DNA of 64,000 nt from assembly GCF_001194135.2 (NCBI RefSeq), contig NC_068984.1, forward strand, positions 11,515,815 through 11,579,814, in the 5' to 3' direction. The position numbers and the translations under genes are program-made. The DNA comes from Octopus bimaculoides. Its lineage: Eukaryota. This document shows, piece by piece, positions 13,265 through 26,050 of this stretch; within the stretch, counting starts at the first letter, position 1, and every line of letters starts with the position of its first letter. Under the pieces are notes generated by a model. That model did not search any database. It saw only the letters and a list, made by a program, of their open reading frames with translations, and was not told where the DNA came from.

Positions 13265-14914
13265 TATTAAAGGAGAATATATATGGTAGTATATGAGAGG
13301 TGCACATTTTACAAACTTAGAGGGACTGAAAATAAATTTTCCCTGGCAGGATTTGAACACAGAATGTAGAGTTGTAACTAAGTACTGTTGTGTATTTACT
13401 TAGATGTGCTACTTGACTGCTGTATAATAATAATAATGCTTTCTACTGTAGACACAAGGTCTGAAATTTTGGAGGAGGGGGCTGATCAATTGCATCAACC
13501 CCGGTACTGAACTGGTACTTAATTTATCAACCCCGAAAGGATGAAAGGCAAAATTTGGATGTAAAGGGCCAGAAGAAATGCTGCTAAGCATTTTTTCTGA
13601 TACACTAATGATTCTGCCAGATAATAATAATAATAATAATAACTAATGATGATGACCATAATGATATTTATTTAAATTAATGATAATAGCAAAAAATAAT
13701 TATAAGACAACATCCAAATGCTTAAAAATTCTGTCACACCATCTTTCACCAGTTTATTAACCAAAATTGATTTGAGGTTTCACAGATCGATTAAAATGCA
13801 AAAATTGATTTTTGATAGACCAATAACTAATTAAATTTCTTAATTCAAATATATTTTTAGTTGACTGTTTAATGCCGATACCCACCCACCCACCTTAAAT
13901 CACTCTTTGTTCTACAATACAAATTTCTGGTTTTAAAGTGTTCTAAATTATAAACTTCCCATCAAAATTTAATGTTAATTTATGTATCAAACACCATATT
14001 AAAATATTGACAAAGTTATTTTACTAAATTCTTCATTTTCAAAATTAACCAAAACAAAGCTAGAGTATTTCAGAGATATGGTAACAAAAGGGTTCAATAT
14101 ATCTCTATATTCATCCAAAAACACAAGTGTTTGTATCGACACTAAATGGATAGTCAACAATGCTTTCTCTAAAATTAAAATAATTATTTTCTCTCGACAT
14201 TAGAAATCAATATTGTGGTTGTTATTTAGTTCCAGACAATGTGTATCTATTATTTAATATGTCAGTATGACTTGATGGAGATTGGACGTTATTGCTAGAA
14301 GCTGCAGTGACTGTATAGAGGTTTTTTTGCTGGGTGTTAATATGGTTTTTTAAATACATATAAAACCATTGATATATGACTTATAAACACTTCAAAACTT
14401 TCATAATTGCTGTTTAATAGAGTTTTTATTACAATTAAACACTTTAAATCACTTTTTCTTTTTTGACATCAAATATTTCATATGAGAAATATTTGTTATA
14501 ATAACTGCTTGGTTTTTTTTTTTTGTCTTTTGTTTTACATTTAGAATAGGCCTTCCTCCTTTCCTTTTTGTGTGTAAATGTGTGCACGTCTGTGTGTTCG
14601 TAGGCAGAAATAAACAAATTGAGGCATGAAGAGTGGACTGTTTTATTCTGGGACTCCTATCTTTGAGACATATCTGCTGCACACAGCAGATTGTCTTGAG
14701 TATCAACATTCGGGAGGACAATGCAATGTTAGAGAATTACAGAATAGCAATGAGAACCTCATGTGACTTGCTTGTGAGATCAAAGCCTATATTGTTACAG
14801 TACATCTATTACCATGGTTACACATGCAAGGAGCAGTAGGCCTACAGATATTCCATATCACAATTAATGTAAAAAAAATTAAACAAAAAAACAAGAAGGA
14901 AAATGCACTAATAG

Positions 14915-14994
14915 ACAATGGTTTGCAAGCAGGAGCTAACTCAACCAGCCATAAACAACGGTTTGCAAGCAGGAGCTAAGTCAACCAGCCATAA
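14915..14994 (+). repeat. Two tandem copies of a 40-bp unit
   Basis: acaatggtttgcaagcaggagctaactcaaccagccataa x2 with 2 mismatches. Confidence 0.95.
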
Positions 14995-15714
14995 TACACA
15001 CTCATAAATCTCTATATTTAGACTGGGAGCACTTTAGATTAGTATAACAGTAAAGGTATTTCAATTGTTTGTTGTAGCTAGTTCGTTTCATTTATGCAGT
15101 TTATAGCTTTGGGGAAGGCATGGGTGTGAGTAGGGTTGATTGCCTATCTATATTTATCTCATAATTACTTCTATTTACAGCACTTTTATTATTGTTTTAC
15201 AGTCCTTTTAGCATAATAAGCATTCGGTGTTTACATACATTGTTAATATTACTGCATGTATTTGTCAGAGAGGATATTTTTACAGTTGCATATCCAACAG
15301 AGTTCTAACTACTTGATCATAAAGTAGGAAGAATACTTGTCAACAGTTAGACAAACTTGAATCAAAACGAAATGTAATACCTTTATCTTGGAGCAGTACA
15401 CATTGGCTCTGTGTAGGGTTTAAACTCATGACTGTATCATAGCCATAGCGCTGATACACACAAGCACTCACTAATGGAACTGCAGGAGAATACAGTAACA
15501 GTTAACTGGTCCTCCGTTGGTTACAACAATAAGGGTTCCAGTTGATCCAATCAACAAAACAGCCTGCTCGTGAAATTAACACGCAAGTGGCCGAGTACTC
15601 CACAGACATGCACACCCTTAACGTAGTTCTCAGGGAGTTTCAGCATGACAAGGAATGTGGCATGGCTGGCCCATTGAACTACAGATACTACTCGTTTTTG
15701 CCATCAACTATACT

Positions 15715-16120
15715 CTTTTGCTCTTCTACTCTTTTACTTGTTTCAGTCATTTGACTGCGGCCATGCTGGAGCACCGCCTTTAGTCAAGCAAATCGACCCT
15801 AGGACTTATTCTTTGTAAGCCTAGTACTTATTCTATCGGTCTCTTTTGCCGAACTGCTAAGTTACTGGGACGTAAACACACCACCATTGGTTGTCAAGCG
15901 ATGTTCGGGGGACAAACACAGACACACAAACATATACACACACACACACATATATATACACATATACGACGGGCTTCTTTCAGTTTCCATCTACCAAATC
16001 CACTCACAAGGCTTTGGTCGACCTGAGGCTATAGTAGAAGACACTTGTCCAAGGTGCCACGCAGCAGGAATGAACCTGGAACCATGTGGTTGGTAAGCAA
16101 GCTACTTACCACACAGCCAG
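15715..16120 (-). mobile_element. SINE family B, near full length; other copies near 4285(-), 5325(-), 6860(+), 9265(+), 21740(-), 22170(-), 37870(-), 56066(+), 58790(-)
   Basis: tRNA-like head (ggctgtgtggtaag ... ggttcattcc) and shared body. Confidence 0.85.
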
Positions 16121-17337
16121 GTGGAGAATTTCTATGACTTTGCCATCCCCAGTCTTGCAGGAATTAAATAAAAATAGTAGATAGTACTGTCTAAATGGTA
16201 TAATTTCTTTCTTTAGTGATCAACTCCCTAAATTTGAATATTTCTGAGAGATATCGTGTGAGCACAAGGAGGATATACCATAGCCCCTCATCATCATCTT
16301 ACTACTTCCTTAAACAAATTGTTACTGTACTGCTTAGATCTCGTGTGTCAAGGCCTAATCTCTTACCAACATGATCAAGCCAGGAGGAATGTTTATAGCT
16401 AGAAATGAAACTAATTCATGTTAATTCAAAATTAACTGATCCACAGTGGACTTTATAGCTAATTAAATGCCTTGCTTCTTTTTAAGATAAAAACCATATC
16501 TGAGGACGACTGTCTTAGTTATCAATTCAGGATAAATTAAATTATTGTAACCTAAACAGTCAACTACTTAGTTAGTTCCTATAAAAAAGGTTTAGTGTGC
16601 AAATGATTTGCTACTTCTTAAACAACAATATTTAAATTTCAAATATTAATCATAAATGAAACAATGGCTGGTAATAACGAGTAAACTGAAACTTAAACCA
16701 TAAATTTAATGCTTGAGACTTAATTACAAATTTAGTTTTACATTGGAGAAAATGCAAAAGATTTTTTAAATTAGTTGCATTTTTATAATAGAATCAAATC
16801 ATCTATGTGTAGGAATAATTCTGTTTGTATACAACTAATATAGATATCAGTTGAATCGAAAAATGAATTTGCATAAAAAAAATTACCAAAATGAATATAA
16901 TTTTGAATACTTATTTTAAAGTACTCGACTATAGCTTAAATTGCTGAAATCTAATGACAAAAATGGTGTGACAGAACAGCTACAAAACAAAAGGTTGTCC
17001 CACCTCAATAAGTCCTTCCAAAATGGTGTGAAGCTGTGGGGAAGATGCAGGGAAGAAATGTTATTAGGATGGTGGTTTTAAAGAACCTACTAAAAAGCAG
17101 AGTTGGTTAAAATTCAATGCCAATAATTTATACTGGTAACTGATTAGAGCTAATATTGAAAAAATATCAAATAGTACAAAAAAATTTTTTTAATTAAATA
17201 ATAAAATGTAAAGTAAGTCGTTAAAGTATGCAATATGAACAAGGAAACAAATACACTAAAACATTGGGTAATGAATTAAATATGAAAAGTAAAAACCCAG
17301 TGTTTTATTTTAATTTATAGTATAGACATGTAAATAT

Positions 17338-17550
17338 CAGTTTCAAATTTTGGCACAAGGCCAGCAATTTTGAGGGAGGGGCTAAGTCGATTACATCAAC
17401 CCCAGTGCACAACTGGTACTTATTTTATCGACCCCAAAAGGATGAAAGGCAAAGTTGACCTTGGTGTTATTTGAACCCAGAACATAAAGACGGATGAAAT
17501 GCCGCTAAGCATTTTGCCCAGCACAATAACGATTCTGCCAGTTCGCCGCA
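17338..17550 (-). mobile_element. SINE family A copy; further decayed copies near 2518(+), 9790(-), 13420(-), 20365(-), 33612(+), 51370(-)
   Basis: Reverse complement of the family A body. Confidence 0.8.
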
Positions 17551-18624
17551 TTAAACAGACATGAAAATATTAAAATATATTTCAATTCAAGTGTTAAACT
17601 AACATTTAAAAACAAACAGTTAAAATGGATTATATAAGCTTCTAAATAAATCAATCAGGGAAATTTAAAATTAAATTGAGTAAACTTGAATTTACAAAAA
17701 ACCCTATTTAACAATATAAGTATTATTTGTTTTTCTGCCAAGTTGTTTTCATCATAAATGAAAACAGTGAGAGGCAAAAAAGAATTTAATTAAATGTTTT
17801 TCAAAAATTTAAATTATAATCAATAAAACATTCTAGCCTTTTATCAAACTTTGATTGATGTTTTCCCATTTTAGTTTCCTCCCACCTGACAACATACTAC
17901 TTTATAAAAATCAGTCGACTGATCTTAACAATTAAAAGTTTCAAATCAGTGAAAAACAAAATTGCAACAACCACGAATTTAAATTCCCATTTATAGTCAG
18001 CTAATTTTTTTTTTTTTTAGCTCAGTGTTTTTAACTTAATATATTTTAGCTTAATATATCTATTATATTGGCCCAATCTACTTTATTTTAGCATTTGACT
18101 ATTTTAGATCATAATTCTTAGAAGTAAAAGGAAAGTAAAATTAGAAACTAGTGATCAGAAGATATACTAGAAACTATATGAACTTCGAATATTAATATTT
18201 ATACATAATTTAAATTCACTGAATAATGAAAGCATTATTGGCACTGAATATTAGCACATTATACAGCAATCTAGTGAGTACTGAAGTAACTAAAGTACAT
18301 ATTCAATAAGCTAGGTACAACTTACATGCATATTTCAACATTGGCAATACACATGCAGGTTTTTAAATTAAAGTACAGTCTAGTTAGTCTAAGGTCAAAG
18401 TGTGGATTAAGTACAAGGGCTTTAGTTCAAATAATTTACAAAAAAAAACAAAGTATCAAGTTATTGCTATGTGCATGTGTTTATTAAAATAAACACACAC
18501 ACACACATACATACATACATTTCATTTCAACAAAAAAAGATTAAATTAAAATAAAAATAAATTTAAAATCAAATAAAACTCAAAGTGAACGAGAACATAA
18601 TCTAAATCTCATAACTTGAAATAC

Positions 18625-18725
18625 CTTTAAAGACTTGAGATATTTCTGTGGGTGGATTACCAATAAATCATCTTCTGAAGCTTCTACTGGTTCCACAGTG
18701 GTGTCATCTTGAAGGAACTTTTCAT
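18625..18725 (-). CDS. HDAC11: HDAC11 coding exon 3
   Basis: ttattttctag| ... AAG|gtattt; 101 nt; encodes EASEDDLLVIHPQKYLKSLK. Confidence 0.95.
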
Positions 18726-19529
18726 CTAGAAAATAACATTAAATCATTTTGATTGAATAGTAAGTAAAACAACTGACAAATTGTATAATAGCATTAATTG
18801 GACATTTTCTTCATGTTGGGATAAATCTGATAGTAATCTTTGTAAATAGAAAACCACCATTGTCATAAACAAAAATAAATGTCCAGATTTTCAGTTCAAA
18901 CTCTCATACAGCTGAATTGATTTAACTAGGACAAACAGAAGTACCAATTTGCTACTTGGCTGTGAACTCCTCCATAACAGCTCGAATGACTGATGCGAAG
19001 AGAAGTGGGCTGAAAAATAAGGTGACACCAGTGTCTGCCATGACAACAGCAACAACCGCAGCAAAAAAAAATAACAACTGGAAATGACATTAGTTCTCTT
19101 CCACTATGTTTGGCGGGTTAACATTTTGGGGTATAGACTGTGAGACTAACACCTTACTTTTAAACATCGATACACACACACACACTCACACACACACAAA
19201 ACTACTCGTTTAAACAAAGATGCATGCATGTATACACATAAATATGCACCTTAAAAGATACATTCTTATATATATNNNNNNNNNNNNNNNNNNNNNNNNN
19301 NNNNNNNNNNNNNNNNNNNNNNNNNNNNNNNNNNNNNNNNNNNNNNNNNNNNNNNNNNNNNNNNNNNNNNNNNNNNNNNNNNNNNNNNNNNNNNNNNNNN
19401 NNNNNNNNNNNNNNNNNNNNNNNNNNNNNNNNNNNNNNNNNNNNNNNNNNNNNNNNNNNNNNNNNNNNNNNNNNNNNNNNNNNNNNNNNNNNNNNNNNNN
19501 NNNNNNNNNNNNNNNNNNNNNNNNNNAAA

Positions 19530-19770
19530 AGACACCATTTTGAGTGTGACCATTGCCAGTACTGCCTGACTGGCCCTCGTGCCGGTGACACGTAAAAGCA
19601 CCCACTACACTCTCGGAGTGGTTGGCGTTAGGAAGGGCATCCAGCTGTAGAAACTCTGCCAAATCAGATTGGAGCCTGGTGTTGCCATCCGGTTTCACCA
19701 GTCCTCAGTCAAATCATCCAACCCATGCCAGCATGGAAAGCGGACGTTAAACGATGATGATGATGATGGG
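19530..19770 (+). mobile_element. Interspersed repeat family C (ttaggaagggcatccagctgtagaaac ... aaacgatgatgat tail)
   Basis: SINE- or LINE-3'-like repeat with a (GAT)n tail; homologous copies throughout the window. Confidence 0.8.
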
Positions 19771-20060
19771 TCTTCTTCTCAAGCACGACATAATGCCAAA
19801 GGTCTTGGTCATTGCCTCCATGAGGCCCAACACTCAAAAGGAAGTCAGCCACTTTGCCTCCGTGAGTCCCAACATTCAAATGTATTCTACTAAAGCCATG
19901 GGCTGGCCAATGCCTTATGAGTGGATTTGGTAAATAGCAACTGAAGAGAACCATTGTGTATGTGTGCGTGAGCATGAGTGTGTGTGTGTGTGTGTATGAT
20001 GATATACGTGTGTTCATGTGTNNNNNNNNNNNNNNNNNNNNNNNNNNNNNNNNNNNNNNN

Positions 20061-20094
<34 letters not shown>

Positions 20095-21448
20095 TATATC
20101 TCTTTGTAATGACATCACAATAGTTGTATATGATCGTTACTGAACTCAGAATGTAAAAACAGATGAAATGCCATCAAGTATTTTGCCTAGTGTGCTAAAT
20201 GATTCTGCCAGCTCACTGCTTTATTGAGCTTACATTAGTTAGAAATGAAGCATGAATGCATCAGAAAACTTTCAAGAAAAAAATCTAATTACTACAGGAA
20301 TTATGGCTTCAAAACAGGACATTTATCTTTGAAGTCTGTTACCCAATGAAATATTAAATATTGGTCGCAAATTTCAGGGAGAGGGTAGGGGCTAAGTTGA
20401 TTATCTCAACCTCACTGCACAACGGCACCTATTTTATTGACCCCCAAAAGGATGAAATTTGAAGTTGACCATGGCAGAATTTGAACTCAGAATGTAGAGA
20501 CAAACAAAATGTCACTAAGCATTTTGCCCAGCGTGCTAACGATTCTGCCAGATTGCCACCTTAACGAAGCATTAAATATTAACAGATATTTCGTGTATAA
20601 AAAGGGATTTTATGAGACTCGAACTACTGAATTAATTACTTGGAAACTTTTGTAATAAAATCTAACAATTCTAATGTGAAGGCACACAGCTTAATGGTTA
20701 GGGTGTTGCAACCATGATCACAAGATCATGGTTGCAATTCTGACACTAAGCAGTGCACTGTGTTCTTGAGCAAAACACTTCATTTCACATTGTTCCAGTC
20801 CATTCAGCTGTAAACAACTTCCAACAATAGCTAGGAAGTTAACTCTGTGATGGAGTGGTGTTCCATCCATGGTGGGGGNNNNNNNNNNNNNNNNNNNNNN
20901 NNNNNNNNGGGGGGGGGGGGGGGGGGCAGTCATTTAATATGAAACTGCCCTGGCCTTTTGAGTTTCTAGGGTTCATGAGAGACCGAAAAATAGAATCCTA
21001 AAATTATAGATTTTAACGAAAGGAAATTAACATAAAACATTTTTTGTTTGTTATACTTGGGGATGGTAGTTTGTTTCCTCTTCTCTCTTATCTTACACAA
21101 ACAACAGATATTCATTGAAAAGGTCACAGAATGTGTAATGAAAGAACTCTAATAAATAAACTAAAAATAATAATAAAGCTGAAGTGAAGATCAAATAAAC
21201 AGTGCATGTGTTTGTTGAAAAAAATGAGCATTCACAAATAAAACAATACCTATTTTGACATGATCTCACATCAAGAACCTCCCAAAACAAATACATAAGC
21301 ATGGTTATTTTGTTTATTTTTACTTTGACTGGAATACTTTTTTTTTTAAAACTTGCTTAGAAAAAAAATTTAGAATAAAAAATGATTTTAGATACGATTT
21401 AAGAAATAAAAATATAACATTTGCTAAGTTTTAATTTTACAAACTTAC

Positions 21449-21600
21449 CTTTGAGAAATTTGTGTATTTTACCCCATTTTCCAGCATCGAAAGGGTGTAA
21501 TTTTTCAAAGTACATAAAGCTGATGTTGTAATGAGATGAGTATATGATAGGCCATTTGTAATCAGGAATCTCAATAAATAATTTGGAATTATTGATTCGA
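21449..21600 (-). CDS. HDAC11: HDAC11 coding exon 2
   Basis: ttcttcttcaag| ... G|gtaagt; encodes WPIIYSSHYNISFMYFEKLHPFDAGKWGK. Confidence 0.96.
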
Positions 21601-22524
21601 CTTGAAGAAGAATAGAAAATAGAAAAAGAGTTTAACAATTTTAACATTACATATATATTTATGTAATTTTAACATTATATAAATATTAACATTATATAAT
21701 TATATCTTGAAGAATTTTTAGCCTTGTACTTTTTTTTTTTTAAAGCCTGGTACTTATTCTATTGATCCCTTTTGCTGAGCTGCTAAGTTATGGGGGACAA
21801 ACACACCAACACCAATTGTTAAGTGGTGGTGGGGAACTAATACAGACACACACATATACAACGGGCTTAATTCAATTTCCATCAACCAAATCTACTCACA
21901 AGGTTTTGGTCGGCCCGAGGCTATATTAGAAGCCACTTGCCCAAGCTGCCATGGAGTGGGACTGAACCCAGAAGGGAAGCAAGCTTCTTACCACACAGCT
22001 ACACCTGTGCCATGTAAAAAAGCACTCAGTCCACTCTGTGGAGTGGTTGGTGTTAGGAAGGGCATCCAGCTGTAAAAACCCTGCCAAAACAGTCACAGAA
22101 GTCTGGTACAGGCTTCTGCCTGGCGACACAGGTCACAGTTTTTAAAAGAGGCCACTTACCATAATCTTTTATTCTTTTACTTGTTTCAGTCATTTGACTG
22201 CGGCTATGCTGGGGCACTGTCTTAAAGGGTTCTAGTTGAAGAAATCGACCCCAGGACATATTCTTTGTAAGACTAGCATTTATTTTATTGGTCTCTTTTG
22301 CCGAACTATTAAGTTACGGGGGAAATAAAAACACCAGCATTGGTAGTCAAGCAGTGGCGGGAGGGGGTAAAAAAACACAGACACACATATATATGACAAG
22401 CTTCTTTCAGTTTCTGTCTAACAAATCCACTCACAAGGCTTTGGTTGGACCAAGGTTATAGTAGAAGGCATTTGCCCAAGATACAATGCAGTGGGACTGA
22501 ACCTTGAACCATGTGGTCAGGAAG

Positions 22525-23365
22525 CTGTACTGATACAGGAGGATAGACAAATGGTATTAAAGAAAAGTGAGAGTACAGGAATAACTCTTGACATGGAGAA
22601 GTGTGACTTTCAAAAAGAGAAGGTAAATTCCTGGATCACATAATTTTGGATAGGGAACCCAAATAAACCTGCAACATTAAAGAAATTCAGTCGTCCACTA
22701 ATGTCATGCAGCTTTCCAAGAATAGTAAAGCGGGTAGGAAAGTTCATTCTTCAGCAGAAAAAAAAAAAAATCTTGCTACCTAAGAAGAATCACCAGGCTA
22801 AGTCTTTAATAGTCTGATAGAGGAGCTGTGGGACACACCCGTGTCAGCTCTGTATAGTCCTGTATGATGCTAAACTGTTGGCAGAAGCATCTAGTTTCTG
22901 AATGGGAACCAATCTACCTGAGAAATGGAACAAAGAATGGAGGTCTATTATCTAGGCTTTTATGATATCTCTCACCACTTGAGCAAAAGTATGACCTCAA
23001 TACAATGCTTGTGAAGGAGCATTAAAACTATAATGAGCATGCTTTCCTAACACTACACGACAGGCTTTTCTTAAAGAACATGAAGCTGGCCAATCCCTCA
23101 GCCTTAAGGAATGATGTCCTCAAACTTCCTGAAGGTTACTGGAGAGTGTGAGGAAGAATGTGTAGTGGGTAGGCCTGAAGCAACAGCTAAACAAGTTGGT
23201 GCTAAACTGTAGACCTTTTATAAAAGAATGTACAAACCATGGGAGCTGCTCATCAAGACAGATTTTGGCAGAAATTAGGGGTGGACAATTACTTGGGATA
23301 CAAGGTGTGATATCAGGCCAAAACAGACTTTTAGAATGAGAACTGACAGACAACTAAATACACTA
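22525..23365 (+). mobile_element. Ty3/gypsy LTR retrotransposon relic (RT C-terminus to RNase H)
   Basis: Broken translation GITLDMEKCDFQKEKV/FLDHII and AEASSF*MG...WRSII resembles gypsy RT (KCxF...V.FLGHII) and RNase H (DASxYGLG...WRPVAYAS). Confidence 0.75.
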
Positions 23366-23439
23366 GACCAGGGGTTCCAAACTGGGGTAACTGCTCTCCC
23401 AGAGTGTGCGAGATGGCATTTCAGCGAGGGAAGGTATAT

Positions 23440-23915
23440 CATCATCATTTAATGTCCGCTTTCCATGCTAGCATGGGTTGGACGATTTGACTGAGGACTG
23501 GTGAACCAGAAGGCTGCACCAGGCTCCAATTTGATCTGGTAGAGTTTCTACAGCTGGATGCCCTTCTTAACGCCAACCACTTTGAGAGTGTAGTGGGTGC
23601 TTTTATGTGCCACCGGCACGAAGGCCAGTCAGGAGGTACTGGCAACGGCCACGCTCGAAATGGTGTATTTTACGTGCCACCTGTACAAGGGCCAGTCCAG
23701 CAGAACTGGCAACGAACTCACTCGAATGTCTTTTCACATGCCACTAGCACAAGGTGCCAGGAAGGCGACGTTGGTAACGGTCATGATCAAATGGTGCTAT
23801 TTACGTGCCACCGGCACAAAAGCCAGAAAGCTGGTGCTCTGGTAACGATCACGCTCGGACGGTGCTCTTAGTGATTTACTGGTGCTGGTGCCATCACGAT
23901 TTCGCTTTCGCTTGT
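23440..23915 (-). mobile_element. Family C long copy; others near 1950(-), 6330(+), 8930(+), 10045(-), 24225(+), 32930(-), 34860(-), 36400-36980(+), 51510(-), 57270(-)
   Basis: Starts catcatcatttaatgtccgctttccatgctagc and includes internal gtgccacc-type subrepeats. Confidence 0.8.
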
Positions 23916-25773
23916 TAAAATCAGGGAATAAAATTAACTCTTAAAAATAGAATATCTTGATCACTGTTTACTGAAAATGTCTTATATTGGTCGATTTGAG
24001 AGATGAAATTTGTTTCTGACCATACTGTTTCCAAGAAAACATTTATGGTTAAGTCCTTTTCGATGCCTACGTGGACCAAACTAAATTCGACGAGGCATTA
24101 ATTTATAAACCTAAAGTAAACCAAGAAATAACGCCATATTTTTATTCGTCCGAAAAGAAAAGATGTGATGTAATGTTTATTTGCGTGCTCGTAAATATAT
24201 AGATCTATATCATCCCGTACACTGTGTAATGTGGTTGGCGTTAGGAAGAGCATCCAGCAGTAGAAACCATATCAAAGTAGACGTTGGAACACGACGCAAT
24301 CTTCATTCATTGGATCCTGTCGAACCACTCCAGCCATGCCAGTAAGAAAGACAGACTTAAATGATAATGATGACGACGACGACGACAACCGTGATCATCA
24401 TAACGATGATGATGCTGATGATGAAGACGCATTATGGGATGGAAGCCATCTTGAGCAATGTTTTGCTCAAGGATGGAATAGATAAAAGATTCAAAAGAAA
24501 TGACACGGAGAAGTTATTACCCACGTGTTTCGATTAGATACGCAAAAACACAACAACCACCACCTCCACCATCAGCAGTGTTGCAATAAATAGCTGCTGC
24601 CACTCGATAATAACAGTTTTTGGGGGTGTCAGTAAAGCAATGGAATGACAGGTTAGGCAGAGACAAAATTAGAGACGAATACTGACGGAAGAAAGTAGCA
24701 GGTGTGTCTTATTAAGTAAAATAAAAATATTCTATGCGGTTTTTAAATAACAAACTGAATGGCAGTAACATTCGGAATATATAATTTATATTATCGATAA
24801 CCTAATTAAGGACAAATTGTGGAACTATTTTAATTATGGAAACAGCAGTGGTTACTCATTTACAAAGAAATTATCGTTAGCATTGTGAATTTTTAGACAT
24901 CAAAGAAATTTTGTAATAAACAGGTATTAAGAGTTGGTGCTAATTATAGGGAGAAAAGTCTTTTGTTCAAGAGACTAATAAATATAAACGATAAAACCAC
25001 CAATTGTATTTTTGGCTCCAGTTAAATATTGGTGGGTCTTGTATTAAAAAGGCGACAGTAGTAGGTCACAAATAGAAAAGAAAATAAATCAGTATATTTC
25101 AAACAAATTGCTCTAAGGCAGAAAAATATCTAGAGCGTATAATATTGTTACACATTTCATAAAAGCTTGCCCTAAATAAGAAAATTGCGTCAACAAAGCG
25201 GTTAGAGAGATCGTATTTAGAAGCATTCGCAGATCTTATATCAGGAATCAGGAAGAGTTGGTTAATTCTTCGTCAACATGTGTTCTAAATGTCCAGTTAC
25301 GATTATTATATTAAGCGATGACTACGTAAAATAAGTGTAGGTGTTCTGTTCTGGGTCCATAGAGATGTTTATTGGTGGGGTAAATTGTCAAAGCAAAACA
25401 ACTACAGGTGGTTGTTACATGTGAGAGAGAGAGAGAACGATAGTTTTACAGACATAATGACAGAATTATGGATACGTAAATGATGCGAATAATTCGATAC
25501 AGTTTCGTTGCTGATTGCATAAATTTACATGAATCACAGATTAGGAAAAATATCTGCAAATGTAAAAAAAAAATTAATTATTGTCTGAGCTTTGAAATTG
25601 TTTGGACTCCTAAACATAAACATGGGTATGTAGCAGAAAAACTACATGTTAACAGCTTAACACTGTAGTTCAACTGATGGGAGGAACATTTATGTCAAAA
25701 ACTAAATGAATTGTGTAATTAAAATGACGGAGGAAATAATAAAGACCATAAATATATTGGTTAATATATTTAC

Positions 25774-25799
25774 CGTTGTGTTTCATCGTTTTCCTCCAT
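25774..25799 (-). CDS. HDAC11: HDAC11 coding exon 1 (MEENDETQ + 2 nt)
   Basis: Strong Kozak context accATGG; CG|gtaaat donor in phase 2 joins exon 2 (T CGA ATC). No homology support for this short N-terminus. Confidence 0.75.
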
Positions 25800-26050
25800 G
25801 GTGGTATGAGACAAACGCTGGGTCTAAGCCAGGCCTTGTTATCTCCCCTGCAGGGTAGCAAGATTTATTTTTTTTCTTATTCAACATATTTGTAATAATT
25901 TGCATTAATATAAGCATAACAATTATTAGCTTTTTTGATTATTTATATTTTTAATTAAATATTTAATTGCGCTCTTGCTATTATCGTTTAAAACAACTAT
26001 CTTGTTTAGAGCAGACTATTTAACCGCTGAACTAATCATTCTCTGAAACT
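25800..26050 (-). promoter_or_regulatory. Probable HDAC11 5' UTR and promoter region
   Basis: Position directly upstream of the inferred start codon, with some retained CpGs. TSS not determinable from sequence. Confidence 0.4.

Larger units (their letters stand above)
1597..25799 (-). other. HDAC11: HDAC11 gene span, 5' part (gene continues beyond the left edge of the window)
   Basis: Four in-phase exons give MEENDETQRRINNSKLFIEIPDYKWPIIYSSHYNISFMYFEKLHPFDAGKWGKIHKFLKDEKFLQDDTTVEPVEASEDDLLVIHPQKYLKSLKTGLNVARIVEIPPVAIMPNFLVQRYVLQPFRYQTGGTIL. This matches recalled human HDAC11 (WPIVYS..YNITFMGLEKLHPFDAGKWGK; EASEEDLLVVH; EIPP...PNFLVQR...QTGGTI). No exon encoding the downstream GGGFHH region was found in 1-1596. 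Confidence 0.95.
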
